Positions 13,213 to 25,837 are shown, counted from the stretch's first letter. The stretch: 64,000 nucleotides of DNA from Camelus dromedarius (GCF_036321535.1 NC_087436.1:94800001-94864000); one strand, 5' to 3'. Translations and numbers: made by a program. The notes: a model not told the origin generated them from the letters alone.

Positions 13213-14631
13213 GATCTGAAATCCACTTTTATTCAATTGTAATTTTAAATCCTTTCTGGGACAAGGCAAATTTTCTTTAAATAGAAAATAATCAATTGAA
13301 TTGTTTATTGAATACCTAAAACGTATACAGCCTTGTGTGACCTTCTCTGAGAGAATGACGCCAATAAATGCTAAGACAAAGGTCCTCAAAGAGGTGGAAA
13401 AATAGGGAATAAATCAAGTCTTATCCCAGGCTCAGGAACAAATTGGTGAGGCCTTGACCTAGAGTAGAGTTTCCCAACGTTTCTTGTCCTGAAAGCCTCT
13501 TTCACAGTATTAAGCAATCTCTTGAGCCTCTGAGGAATTTAAAAAATCATTTCATCATTTGTGTGTGATATACAAAAAATGTTGACCTATATTTTATTTT
13601 ATATAAATCTATCTCTTTAAAGATTGTACTGAAAAGTTTATTTCAAATAAATTTAAAATATTCAGAAAATAAATTATGAGTATTTAAAACACTCATACAC
13701 AAAAATATAAATGTTGGCATTTTCCCATTTAATAAATGCTTTTACATTATTAAAATTACATTATGTAATTATAAGAAAAAGTATTTTATGACGCATTTTT
13801 AAATGACACTGTGTTTGTTTTAGGACCAAATGTATACTAAAATGCAGAATAAAATTTGCATCTTTGGTGGTGTTTTCTGAGGCTGATATATCTACTTCTT
13901 TTTGTATGGGATATGAGGTTGGTTATAACAAAGATGAACATTTTTTATTTTAAATGTTACATATTTCTTTTAAGGGTATCAGAAAATACTGGTCTTTCAT
14001 GTATAATAGAATACAAAATTTCCTTTCAAAATAAATGTTTTAAGGAAAAATGTTTTATTAAGTAATAGTGCATGTGGTACTTAGATATACAAACAAAAAA
14101 ACCCCCAAAAGCTAGCAAAAAGGCCACCATGAAGTAATGCACAAAAACCCCAAACTTTGTGAAACACGATGTTATGGAATCAAAAATGGGTAACTATTTC
14201 TATAACATTTTGTTTGAATTCTTGAATTTTGCTCCTAAAAAAGTACAAGCTTTCAAAAATTAAGTTTAGTGTTTTGTTCATAATTAACTGTATAAGAGAT
14301 ATGGTTTGGGGCAACTCTTTCAAGTATTTTACAAATAACACAAAGCTAGTGTGGACAGTCTTTATTTCCAAAGTGCAAAAAGTCCAACTAGATATAATCA
14401 TCAATGTTATTTCTTCGTTTAACATTTTTAAAAGCATTGTTTGTTCTCCAAAAACATACCTATATGCTATAAATTAGAGTTTATGTGTGCAACTTATAGG
14501 TCTGCTGAAAATCTCCTTGAGGCAATTTTGTAAAACTGATGCAATTTTATATCCCTCATACTGACTCTGTTTCAACATCCTTGTTCTTTATGCTTCATGT
14601 CTTTAACTGGTTGTTAATTATAAGTTTAAGT

Positions 14632-14872
14632 CAGTGGTTTTCAAGGGAGGAAAGGGGGATGAACTTTGCCCACCACCCCCACCACTCTGGAGGACATCTG
14701 GCCATATCTGGACACAATTTTGGTTGTTGTCACCCTAGGGACAAGGGTGCTACTGTCCTCTGGGGGCAGAGGCCAGGGATGCTGTTAAACATCCTACAGT
14801 GCACAGGACAGCTCACCACAAGAAAGAATTATTTGGCCTAATATGTCAATATGCCCAGGTTGAGAAATCTTG
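14632..14872 (+). mobile_element. MER20-like hAT MITE
   Basis: cagtggttttcaa...gaggccagggatgctgttaaacatcctacagtgcacaggacagc...aggttgagaaatcttg matches the MER20 consensus as recalled. Confidence 0.85.
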
Positions 14873-17800
14873 GTACTATGTAAACAGTACACATCTATGA
14901 AATTTAACAATTTAAAGCCATGAAGTGCTCAAAACTATCATGGAAGCTGGCAGTATTTGGTGGAGCAATAAACTGAATGAGTTACCATCTTATGAGCAAA
15001 CTCATATCCCCCAGCTTCTCTGCATGTTTCCTCAGAGGCTCTCAAATATTTCATTTTAAGGGGGGGGGGTGGGATCTATAAATTTAAATTATTATGCATA
15101 TTTATTGATTTAGAAATGGAGTGAAAACAGACACCATCACTGTCTTTGGTAATGCGAACACTTGGGGGCTTTGCTGATTGGAGGCATGAATGCATAGACC
15201 AAACAGGTTAGAATCTGTCCCTGGGAATTTAAAAACTGAACTTGGGAGAGAGAACTCTTTCTTCTACAAAGGAAAAAAAGGGCACAAAGCTGCAAAAAGA
15301 AATGGACGTAAGAGACCGAGATAAAGGGCTTCTGAGACTGTCCTGGTTACTGGGTCCATTCATCCCTGTGACTTGGTTACTGAGTCAGGAAATTGCTCAT
15401 TTTTGCTTAAGCCAATTTGAAGTACGTTTCTGTCACTTGCAACCAAGAGTCCTGACTAATGAACACACCACTGGATTAATACGGGCAATATTTCAAGAGT
15501 TAGCAAGAATGCAACGAAATATGAATTTTCAATTTGAAGTTGGTTCTTTGATTACAAGGTTTAAGATAGAAATCCTAAGTCACCCATTCCACAACCATTA
15601 ATATCTAGCATGTACCTAATATTCCGTGTTAGGTGCTAGAAACATAAAACATATTAAAAATAGTTTCTCCTTGTTAAGATCTCTCAGTTGGGGGAGATGG
15701 ACCATGTGAAAGGAGTGCTATAAGAGAAGCAAGCATCTTATTATGGGAGTCCTCAGAAGGGGCACAAACCCTAACCAGGCAAGACTAACTTAGAGGTGGT
15801 GACTGCCTAGATTGACTCCTGAAGGACATTAGATGGATAAAGCAGGGAGGAAGAGGATCATTCTAGCTGGGCAGAGCACTAGCGGAGGCTGAGTGCAGAG
15901 GAACAGTAAGGTAAAATTAAGGCTCTCCTAGTAGTGCACTGCCTTGAAGTGTGGGGTAAAAGGGGTCGGCATTAGCAATGGAGATGGGAGAGTGGCCAGG
16001 AAGGAGGGAATGGAGGCCAGGAGTTGTGTCTTGAAGATGTTGGTGAAGAATCGGGACTTCATCCCAAAAGCTTTGTGAAGCCACTAATGGATTTTATGCA
16101 AGGGAGTGACGACACTTGGTAGAAGTATCACTGTGAACGGAGATAATAATAGTTACCCAGCAACGTTGTTGTAAAAATTATAGATAATATTTAAAGCTGT
16201 GATTATAGTGCTTAGAGATGGTTCAGGCAAAAAAAAAAAAAAATGCACCCTCTTTCTATTCCAAAGATTCTTAAAAATCCAGAGTGGCACACCCATTAAT
16301 AGGTGTGATTATGGCAAATTTTTACCTGAGACTTAGATTCGCTTTAAGATAATCACCAGACCCACAATAAAGTGGAATCTCAATTCCAGATCAGTTTCAG
16401 GGCTGGCTAGCTCATTCAGGTCTCCTCAAAATCAGGACATTTCGGGCTGAGATGGCGTTTTCAACGTCATTCTGGAACTAGAAAGACCCTAAAGGCTACT
16501 ATAAATCTTTTCAATATCCACGAATTTCATTTTATATTAGGTTTTTTTTAACTCAGTAAACACACTTGGACTAAAAGCTAATCCCAAAGAATGCTTCTTC
16601 TAGGTTATAAGGGGGCACAATAAGGAAGAAATACTTTATTGCAACATGAAGTATCAAATAATATTTTCTATGTTAAAGGAAGGACAGAGGGGACAAGTGA
16701 GAAAATCTAGTTCACGTCAGGCTGCCAAACTATTGCAAGATTTCTCTCTGGTGCCATAAGTCACTGGGTTACGCAGCGTATTTCACTTTCTGACTGATTA
16801 CAAGGGACCCCCTTACGCTCCTATGTAGGTGAGTGACTTAGACATTTTAAAGGAATGGAAGAAATTATTTGGAAAACATAATAATTTTAAAACGAAATCC
16901 CTCAATTTAAAATAGTAAAATTTATCTTACTATATCAGAGAGTGCTAATTTTGTGTTAAAGGCAGTTTGTCTCAAATTAGAGGAAAATGAAAAACATCTG
17001 AGAATAGAACATTTGATAGGATAAGTTTGGAAGCAATATCTATTAGTTACAACTTTTGCCTGTGTATTTTTATCAGCTAGCCAGTTTAAGGTTTTAAATT
17101 AACCACTAAAACATATTCTTCATGAAAATTCTAATTGTTAACATTTTTTCAGGTAACAAAAACTTTTCAAAAATTTAGAATATTTTTCTTTATAGAAAGG
17201 TTAAATAAGCATATACGTGCATGTATATACGTGCATAGAAAACTTTAAAAGTCTGTAAAAGATACGACTAACAGTAATAGTATCCTTGAGGCTGGGATTG
17301 TCAGGTGGAGAAGGAGAGAGAAATTTAACTTTTCACCTTATATCCTTTGATACAATCTAATGTTTCTCAATTTACATGAGCATATATTGTTTTAATAATT
17401 AAAAGAACTAAATAAGAGTATTTTTTTCCTAAAATATATATGCATAATCTTCATATTTAATAGCTGTAAGTTTTCTCCCTTTTGAGGACTACTTGCCAAA
17501 TCACAATATATCCACTCATTAATAATATGTTCTATATACAACTGTATTCAAAGGTATGTAAATGACCTTGAGATCATAATGCAATCTGTTAACTGCAAGG
17601 GCAGATGTGACTGAACCCTAGTACAAAGCACATGTATAACAATACTGAAAGTTCAAAAAGAAAAGAAGGGTTAACATATTTTTGTATGTGCAAGTTTAGA
17701 CATGGAGTAATTTTATGTTCCTATACATTTTTCTATTTCTATGTATTTAACATTTGATCATTAAAAAATCAGATTACTTCTCCTAGCACATTACAAAACC

Positions 17801-17994
17801 CTACTAATAAAGCTTTTTTCATTTTCAAAATGTAACAGGTGTCCAGAGTAATTTATTTTCCCAAGCAAACTATTTAACTGATTCTAGATGTTAGTCTCAA
17901 TGAAATCTATTGAAAATTCCTGAAAGAGTACTCTTTTAAAAACGTTCTTAATAAAGACATCAGCGTTTAGCAATGTTGTCATTTATAAATTCCA

Positions 17995-18200
17995 TGTTCA
18001 CAACAGCTCACCTTACTCTGTAACCTTGGGCAAGTTACTGAATCTCACTAAGCTTCAGTGTCTTCATCTTTAAAATGAGGATAATAATAGACCTAGTTCA
18101 TAAGGTTATCATGAGGATTAAATACAATTATGCATGTAAAATGCTTATGTGTAGTCTGTAGTATATAGTAATCACTTAATAAATAAAAAAATAGCTATTA
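17995..18200 (+). mobile_element. MIR
   Basis: ctgtaaccttgggcaagttactgaatctc...catctttaaaatgaggataataatag...gaggattaaat. Confidence 0.8.
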
Positions 18201-18874
18201 CTTTGCTTACATTTTCACTATTATTTCAATCATTTTAACATTTCCCAACATAAACTCTAGCTTTTGAAATATACTGTTTTAAAACCCTTAGTAGATCATA
18301 TTCTTCCCAGTTTTTATTACTAATTTAATTTTAACTCTTAGGACAATTAATCTCATCTTTTTTGCCATGTAACATGAAACCAACTGTGAAACACATTTAT
18401 TTCAATTCCTATATTTAATATGTATCAATTAGCTAACATTTATTTATTTCACTAAGAATAGCAATAGTAACAACAAATACATGTTTGAAATGGTCATGCT
18501 TTAACATAAAATTCTGAAATGTGGTCAGAAAAGGGTTTAAATAATTAAATTTATAAAGAAGGACTAGTTTTCCATAGAATGAAAGTAAACTCATAGTCTC
18601 ATGCTCTGATGTATAATTGTAGATTTTAAAATAGTTAAATAATTTAAAAAGTGCAATATTTAAGGAAAATAATTGGATTAATACATTAATAATAGTTTAG
18701 ATAAATAAAACATACTACTATAAGTATGAAATTTGAGGACAGAACTTGCGAGTTAGATTAAAATTTATTTCAATAAAAAGAATTATTTAAATGGAAGATA
18801 GTTTACTTAGAGTTTCTTTTAAACTCCTGCTCTTTACATTCTGAAGCTATAATATGAAGTCAGGTATACAGTAC

Positions 18875-19612
18875 CTTGATTAGGTTGTGTCCCACGGTGT
18901 AGACAGCTGCTAAATTTCCCTTCTCTCCAGGGGCATGGATACCTGTCCCATATCCATGCCAAGCAACTAGATATGGATTGTGAATTGTAATCCAATATTT
19001 GACACGATCCCCAAATGTCTGGAAACAGTATGTGGCATAGTCATTGAAGATATCTATTATGGTTTCATTTTTCCACCCCCCATACTTTTCTTGTAGTGCC
19101 AAAGGCAAATCCCAATGGTATAAAGTAACTATAGGTTCCACGTTTCTAAGTATTAGAGCATTGAGAAGAGCGTTATAGTACTGGAGACCTTTTGCATTGG
19201 CAACAGATACTATTCCATCGGGGAAAAGCCTTGGCCAGGAAATAGAAAACTGATAAAAAGAAACGCCTATAAAATCCAGGGCTGATAAGTCTTTTTCCAG
19301 AAAAATGTAACTGTCACTGGAGCTATTCATGCTGTTGACATTTTTAAGGTGTGTATGGATGAAATGATCCCATATAGAGGGTCCTTTCCCGTCTGTCTTC
19401 CAATTCCCTTCCACTTGAAAAGCTCCAGTCCCAACGCCCCAGAAAAAGTTTTTAGGAAAAGTGTCATAGAGAAACAGCTGACTTTCATTTACCGGACTAA
19501 AATTAGGATTTCTAGACCATATAGCTCTTCCGTCCCCAGAGAATCCAGTAACAGCTCGTAGGAGAATAAACGCTGACAGGATGACAGATCTTTGCAGTCC
19601 CCCGCTGGACAT
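18875..19612 (-). CDS. KLB: Beta-klotho coding exon 1 from Met30-equivalent (signal peptide plus start of the KL1 domain)
   Basis: [31 protein letters not shown]...[18 protein letters not shown]...[12 protein letters not shown]...TLYHWDLP...WITIHNP...GHNLIK ends at the donor AAG|gtactg (18875/18874). The human-equivalent Met1 ATG is in frame at 19699 but is followed by TGA at 19678-19676. Confidence 0.96.
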
Positions 19613-19699
19613 TGTTTTCCTATAGCGTATGTTTCTTTCATCGGTGCTGAAGAAAATCCATTCATTCCCTGGAGATCATGCCGCACAGCCTGGCTTCAT

Positions 19700-19900
19700 T
19701 TGCCACTAACTGCTCGACTGTCTTATCAACGCTTCAGTAAAAAAGCTTGTGATTGTAAAGCTCTGTCAATGATTAGCTTGAACTGTGAGCCTTAGGATGG
19801 GTCATGGAGAGCAACGTAATTTGAGGGAGGTGGCTCTATTACACTTACCAACACGTTTCCTTCGCTCTTATTATTGGAAAAATTACATGAAAATGCATCA
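19700..19900 (-). promoter_or_regulatory. KLB: KLB 5'UTR and proximal promoter with HNF1-like and GATA motifs
   Basis: GCTAATCATTGAC (minus strand, 19765-19777) resembles the HNF1 consensus GTTAATNATTAAC, and TGATAAG lies near 19722-19728. Not a CpG island. Motif matches only. Confidence 0.5.
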
Positions 19901-20475
19901 GTGACAATAGTTTGAATGTGTAACTTAAACATATATAAACAATGAATAAAATGCTGTATTTTCTTTGTAGCCTTTCATATTGATCCAAGTTTTTCTGAAT
20001 ATTTTGAACGTAGTTGAACAAAGTATAACCCTTTTCTATTTTTGTAGTTTTTAAGTGGTAATTTTATTTTCACATTTCAGGAAAAACAATCTATGTACAA
20101 ATGAATAATATTCCTGTAAGCCAATAATAAAGAATTAGAAAACAGTAAGGTATTACACTTGCACAAAAATTATAACACATCTAAGAAAAATCTTATTAAA
20201 TTAAATCTATTTTAAGAAAATTATTAAAATGTATTGATAAATTAAAAAAGAAGTATGGAAAAATATATAGCATTTTCTGGGTGGAAACACTGAATACTTT
20301 CCAATTTAAAGTACTTTTCACCAAAGTCCTCTAATTCCAAATTTTACTTCAATAAAACTATTGTGAAATTTCACTTGAAGAATAAACAGGCAATAATTAC
20401 CAAAAAACAAAACAAAACAAAACAAAAAACCTGAAAATAGTGAAGCTGTAGACTACCTTCAAATACGAAAATATT

Positions 20476-20477
<2 letters not shown>

Positions 20478-20512
<35 letters not shown>
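20478..20512. repeat. (CA)n microsatellite about 0.8 kb upstream of KLB
   Basis: Perfect CA run. Confidence 0.95.
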
Positions 20513-20514
<2 letters not shown>

Positions 20515-20629
20515 TTAAAGAGCATAGCATTGTCTGGAATAAGAATAAATATAAATATTGTACAGAATCTGTAGCCTCCAAATAACCTTGAGAAAATTTA
20601 ATTTAAATATTTGAAGTACCACATACTAA

Positions 20630-20850
20630 TAAGAGGCAGAGTGGTTAGTAGTTTGGCCTCTAGGATTAGACAGCCTTAGTTTAATACAGCTATGTGACTG
20701 GGACAAGTTCTTTGAACTTCTGCAGCTTAGTTTCCTCTTAGGCATAATAATACTATCAACTGCATGGATTATTGTGACAATTAGATGTGTTAATACATGC
20801 AAAGCACTTAGAACAGACACTGACACATAGTAAGTGCTCAATAAACATTA
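20630..20850 (+). mobile_element. MIR
   Basis: gctatgtgactgggacaagtt...aaagcacttagaacagacactgacacatagtaagtgctcaataaa. Confidence 0.8.
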
Positions 20851-21162
20851 TTTTTATTTTTATGTGAAAGGTAATGCTTATTCAGGAAGTGATGCTAAGA
20901 TTTAGCATAAAATCCTATGTTTTGGTCCTGCCTACATTTTTAACTTCAGTTCTCATCAGTTAACCACATGTAGCTTCCTTCCCTGCAGCCATACAAAGAA
21001 CTTTTAATAAACTGGACACATTGACTGCTCTCGTCCCTGTGCTTTGGTACATGTGCTCTCTGCATAGGATGTGTTCTCCCCTCTTCAACTAGCTCATATC
21101 TACCTGCTCCTCAGAGCTTCTGTACCTCCTCTGGAAAGTCTTTCTGACTCCCCAGTTTGCCT

Positions 21163-21662
21163 TTATTTTTTAATTTAGATTTTTAAAAAGGTTTTAGTTT
21201 ATTAATTCTCTCATGAAAAATCTGCATAATCGCTGCAGAAAAAGTCACTGCAGAATCTTTACTCCATCTGTTGTCCAATCTCCAGCTCAATGTTGCTGAC
21301 TTATCTTCATCTGTTCTTCATTCCTTCTGCTGTTTTCCTGAGGTATGTTTCTTCTCATACAGGCCACATCTTGCAAATCTATATCTGGATTCATTTTGGG
21401 GGTTGTAATCTAAGGAATTGTAAATCTTGCCAAAATGGGTTTTGAATCCAAATACAAAGATGACGTCTGGTGTGGTTTTGTACATTTTGACTAGTTTTTC
21501 TCAAATTTCTGTCTTGGGTACTGTTGTCTTCCCAGGGTGAAGGACATCCATGACTGTTTGCTTCTGCTAAAGTAGTTGTTTGGTCATGAACTTCCTGGTC
21601 CAGACAGTTACAGTGTTGTTCATGATGGAGGTTGATCCTCAGGCAGCCAGGGAGGGAAAAAA
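21163..21662 (-). pseudogene. RPS24: Processed pseudogene of ribosomal protein S24
   Basis: From ATG at 21623: [63 protein letters not shown]. In-frame stops and deletions, a pyrimidine-rich 5' leader, AATAAA near 21198-21203 and a decayed A tail. Confidence 0.93.
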
Positions 21663-23199
21663 GCCAATTTGAATTTGATTTAGATGGATCTCCTCTGTGG
21701 TCCCATGGCAGCCTGTGCTTTCTCTATTATGACACTTATCTCACAATAAATTTATCTGTATCTTTTGACTGTAATCTCTCTCTTGCTTAAAAACAGGGGC
21801 CATTACTGTTTGGTTCCCTATTGAATACCTGCAGCCTAGTAGTCACTAAAGTATATGCTGAAGAAATAAATGTGCCTATGGCATACGGATGTTTAACCTC
21901 TATCACCACATTTATCACATAATCCAGGAATTGTCTCCCCTACTAGACTGGAAGAATACCTCTTATCTAAATTTTTATCGTCACTTATCAGAGTAAATGC
22001 TTAATCATTGTCTGTTGAATGAATGGAGTTGATATAATTAATTCCCTATTTTAAAGTAAAATTTTTCCAGGTTTATTGAGATATAACTGACATACAACAT
22101 TGTTTAGTTTAAGGTGTACAATATAATGACTTGCTATATGTATATATTATGAAATAATTACTTAAAGTAAAAAATTTTAACGTAGTAATTTACACCTCAC
22201 AAATATATTTATTTCAAAAATATATAGCCACAGAAATGAAGATGATAATTTTTATGGTATGTATATTTTACCACAGTTAAAAAATATATATAGCCACAGA
22301 AATCTAGAAGAAAACAGAAGTAAATATGAACTATATAAGTATATAGTTTATATAATCATATATAAATGATTTATAATTATAATTTCTGAAAAAATTAAAA
22401 ACTTAAAGGCAAATAACAAACTTGTAAAAATTTTTGGCCATAACATGAAGGCAAAAGGCCAACTTGTTATTATAAAAGTAATTCATGCAAATCAATAATA
22501 AAAATACTCTAAATCAAGTACATGGATAAACAACATGAATAAAAAAATATACAAAAGAGGAAATGTAACTCTATAGCTAATGAAAAACACATATAAAATA
22601 ACCATACAATTTTGTCCCTTACAAAATCAGCAGAAATAAAAATGAGTGATGAAAATCAATGTTAATGAGATTGTTAAGACATTGCTAATTAGAATATGAA
22701 TTTGTACAATACTCATGGAAAAAAATTTTTCAATATATCATGAACTATACATTTTTTCCATGCCTTTTAATCTAATAATTTCAGACATGTTTCATAATAA
22801 ATTAATTCCAAATATATAAAATGCTGTATGTACAAATATTTGTATAGCTGTATTATTTATGACAGAGGGAAATTAGAAATAATTTAAAACTTTATTCATA
22901 GGGGAATAATTACCTAAGGCATGAAATATCCATTTGATGAAATGTGGTAGAGTCATTAACATTTTCAAAGAATATGTAGTAACATTAAAATGTTAAGGAT
23001 AAAAAACTAACTGAAAAAATTCCAGACAATAAATTGAGTAATCAGTATGATTATAATGATGTAATAAAAGCTATAACCGATACATAGAATTATAAGAAAA
23101 TACCCACATTTTACCACATTGTGTTTGGATGGTGAATCACAGATTATAGTTATTTTCTTTATTTTACATATTTAATTTAATATTTTTACTTTTAATGAT

Positions 23200-24075
23200 A
23201 TCATATGTCATTAGGGAATTGCAAATTAAAACAATAAGATATTGTTACATACCTGATAAAATGGTCAATATCCAAAACACTGATGACACCTAATGCTGTC
23301 AAGGTTGCTGAACAACAGGAACTCTTCTTTATTTTCGGTAGGAATGCAAAAAAGGTACAGACACTTTGGAAGACAGTTTGGAAGTTTCTTACAAAACTGC
23401 TTATAAACTTATTAAAAAACATTCTTATTTTACTATTCAGCAATCGAACTCCTTGGTATTTCCCCAAATGAGTTAAAAACTGGTGCCCACAGAAAAACCT
23501 ACACATGAATGTTTATGGAAGCTTTACCCACAATTGCCAAAACTTGGAAGCAACCAATATGTCCTTTACTAGGTGAATGAATAGACAAAACTGTGGTGCA
23601 TCCATCCAATGGAATACTATTCAGCGATGAGAAGAAATGAGCTATCAAGCTAGGAAAAGGAATCTTAACAGCATATTACTAAGTGAAAGAAGCCAATCTG
23701 AAAAGGCTACATACTGTATGATTCAAACTATTTAATATTCTGGAAACGGTAAAAAGGAAACTGTAAAAAGATCAGTGGTTGCCAGGTTCTGATAAGAGGA
23801 AGGGTTGAGTAGGTGGACCACAAGGTATTTTTAGGGCAGTTAAACTGTTATTCTATAGGATACTCTATCAGTGGATCCATTTTTATCCAAACCCATAGTA
23901 TGTACAATACAAAGAGAGAACCCTAGTGTAAACTATGAACTTTAGTTAATAATAATGTATCAATATTGGCTTATCAATGGTAATAAATGTACCGCACAAA
24001 TGCAAGCTGTTAAAAATAGGTGAAATGTTGGGGAGTGGGAGTAAAGGAGTATGTGGGAACTCTGTAACTATAATT
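23200..24075 (+). mobile_element. Old L1 (L1M-type) 3' portion
   Basis: cattagggaattgcaaattaaaac...ggaatactattcagcgatgagaagaaatgagc...ctaagtgaaagaagccaatctgaaaaggctacatactgtatgatt. Confidence 0.85.
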
Positions 24076-24325
24076 GCTCAAGAAAAGTCTATTAATTTAA
24101 AAAAGTTTATTGGCAAAGGCTATGTTTTGAAATGTGTACTATTTCCTACCGACCATGATTTATCATTAAACTATTTCAGCTTTCATATGAGGAAACAAAG
24201 GAAATGGATAATTGCCAAGGCAAGTTTATTAGGCTGATTAAATCACAGAATATGTAGATAAAAATAACAATTCCACATCCATTAGGATGGCTATTTAAAA
24301 AAACAAACAAACACCACCACCACCA

Positions 24326-24327
<2 letters not shown>

Positions 24328-24369
<42 letters not shown>
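24328..24369. repeat. (CA)n microsatellite preceded by (CAC)n
   Basis: Seen directly in the sequence. Confidence 0.95.
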
Positions 24370-24371
<2 letters not shown>

Positions 24372-25600
24372 AAATAACTAGTGTTGGTGAGGATATGGAG
24401 AGGAACGGAGAAACCGGAACCCTGGTGTATTGCCCTTTATTCTACAGATGAAGATTTTGAGACCAACATATAAGAGGCCAGAATTCATCATCTAATCATT
24501 CGTCTATTCTTTCAACAAATCTTAATTGAGTATCTCCTATGGGTCATGAATTTTGCTGGAGGTTGGAATTTAAAACCAAGAATATTACAATATTCACAAA
24601 TTTTATAGAAACACATAACGGGAGATAAATAATCCAGCAATATGAGTGTGTGTGTGCATATGCATGTAGGTGGAAGGTGGAATGTAGGTGGAAGGCTGGA
24701 GTAGAGATGAAAACTGAAAACTCTTAGTTGAGTCCTAAAAAATGAAGAATGACAAGATGTCAGCCAGAAGGAAGAGGAAAGGTGGGAGGGAGGCTATCCC
24801 ACATAGATGGAATAGCATATTTGAAGTCCTAGAGATGAAAAAGTTTGGTGAGTGGTTCAGGACACCCAGGTCATAAGAGTGAGAGGGGAATGGAAAGAAA
24901 CTATTTGCAGAGATTGGCAGGGACCAGGTCATAAACAACTTCATAAACCATGTTACTGGAATTTGGGCTTTACCTTGAAAGAAATAGGCAGTCATTGGAT
25001 ATATTTTAAGCAAGTGGGAAAATTAGGTTAATACTGTACAAATAGACCCCAAAATACAAAGTCAAGGCCCAAACAGAAGGTCATTTGTCACATGTTTGTC
25101 TGAAGAAGGAGTTTCCAGTTGTCAGGTGGCTCTTCTCCACAGTGATTCAGAGAACCGGGCTGCTTATATATGTGGTTCAGCTGCCCCTAAGGCCTTGCAG
25201 GGTCCTCACCCCCAGCACTCGGCAGGTTGAGGTGGAAAACTTTGGCCTGGAAGTAATGTACATAATTTCTAAACACATTCCACTGGGGAAAACTATCCCT
25301 GTGGCACATCTAGATGCAAGGTGGGTTGGGCAGTCGCTCTATTTTCTAATCCATCCACAATGCTATAGAAGGAAGAGCATACATTTTGGTGTTATCTAGC
25401 CTTCTCTGCCACAGGAGAGTGCCAGGAGCAGATCTGTGTTCTAGGAGGGTCACTCTGGCAGGGAATGAGTAATTCTGGATGGAGCCAGGGAGACTGGTTA
25501 AGAGGCTCTTCTGTTAATCCGAGTGAAAAATCATGCATCTTGAACAAAGGTAGTAGCAATTTAGATGGAGAGAAAGAGACAGATTCAAGAACTAGTCAGA

Positions 25601-25837
25601 GGGGAGAGTATAGCTCAGTGGTAGAGTGTGTGCTTAGCCTGCATGAGGTCCTGGGTTCAATCCCCAGCACCTTGAATAATAAATAAATAAACCTAATTAC
25701 CATGCCCACAAAGCAACAAATAAAATAAAGGAAACGTCTTGTCTTAACACTTCTGATCAATAATCTCAACAGTCCCAGTATTAGAGTGTCAACAAAGTTT
25801 TCTCAAAGGAAAAAAACAAAACAAAACAAAAAAAACC
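25601..25837 (+). mobile_element. tRNA-derived SINE (Vic-1-like) with 3' extension, inserted in an L2 relic
   Basis: GGGGAGAGTATAGCTCAGTGGTAGAG (A box)...GGGTTCAATCCCC (B box), A-rich tail, and approximate TSD CTAGTCAGA / CTAGTTAGA. Confidence 0.85.

Noticed and set aside
25601..25672. tRNA-like sequences (also 45035-45124 and 59454-59541)
   Set aside because: They have A and B boxes but also A tails, TSDs and mutual divergence, so they are tRNA-derived SINEs rather than tRNA genes.
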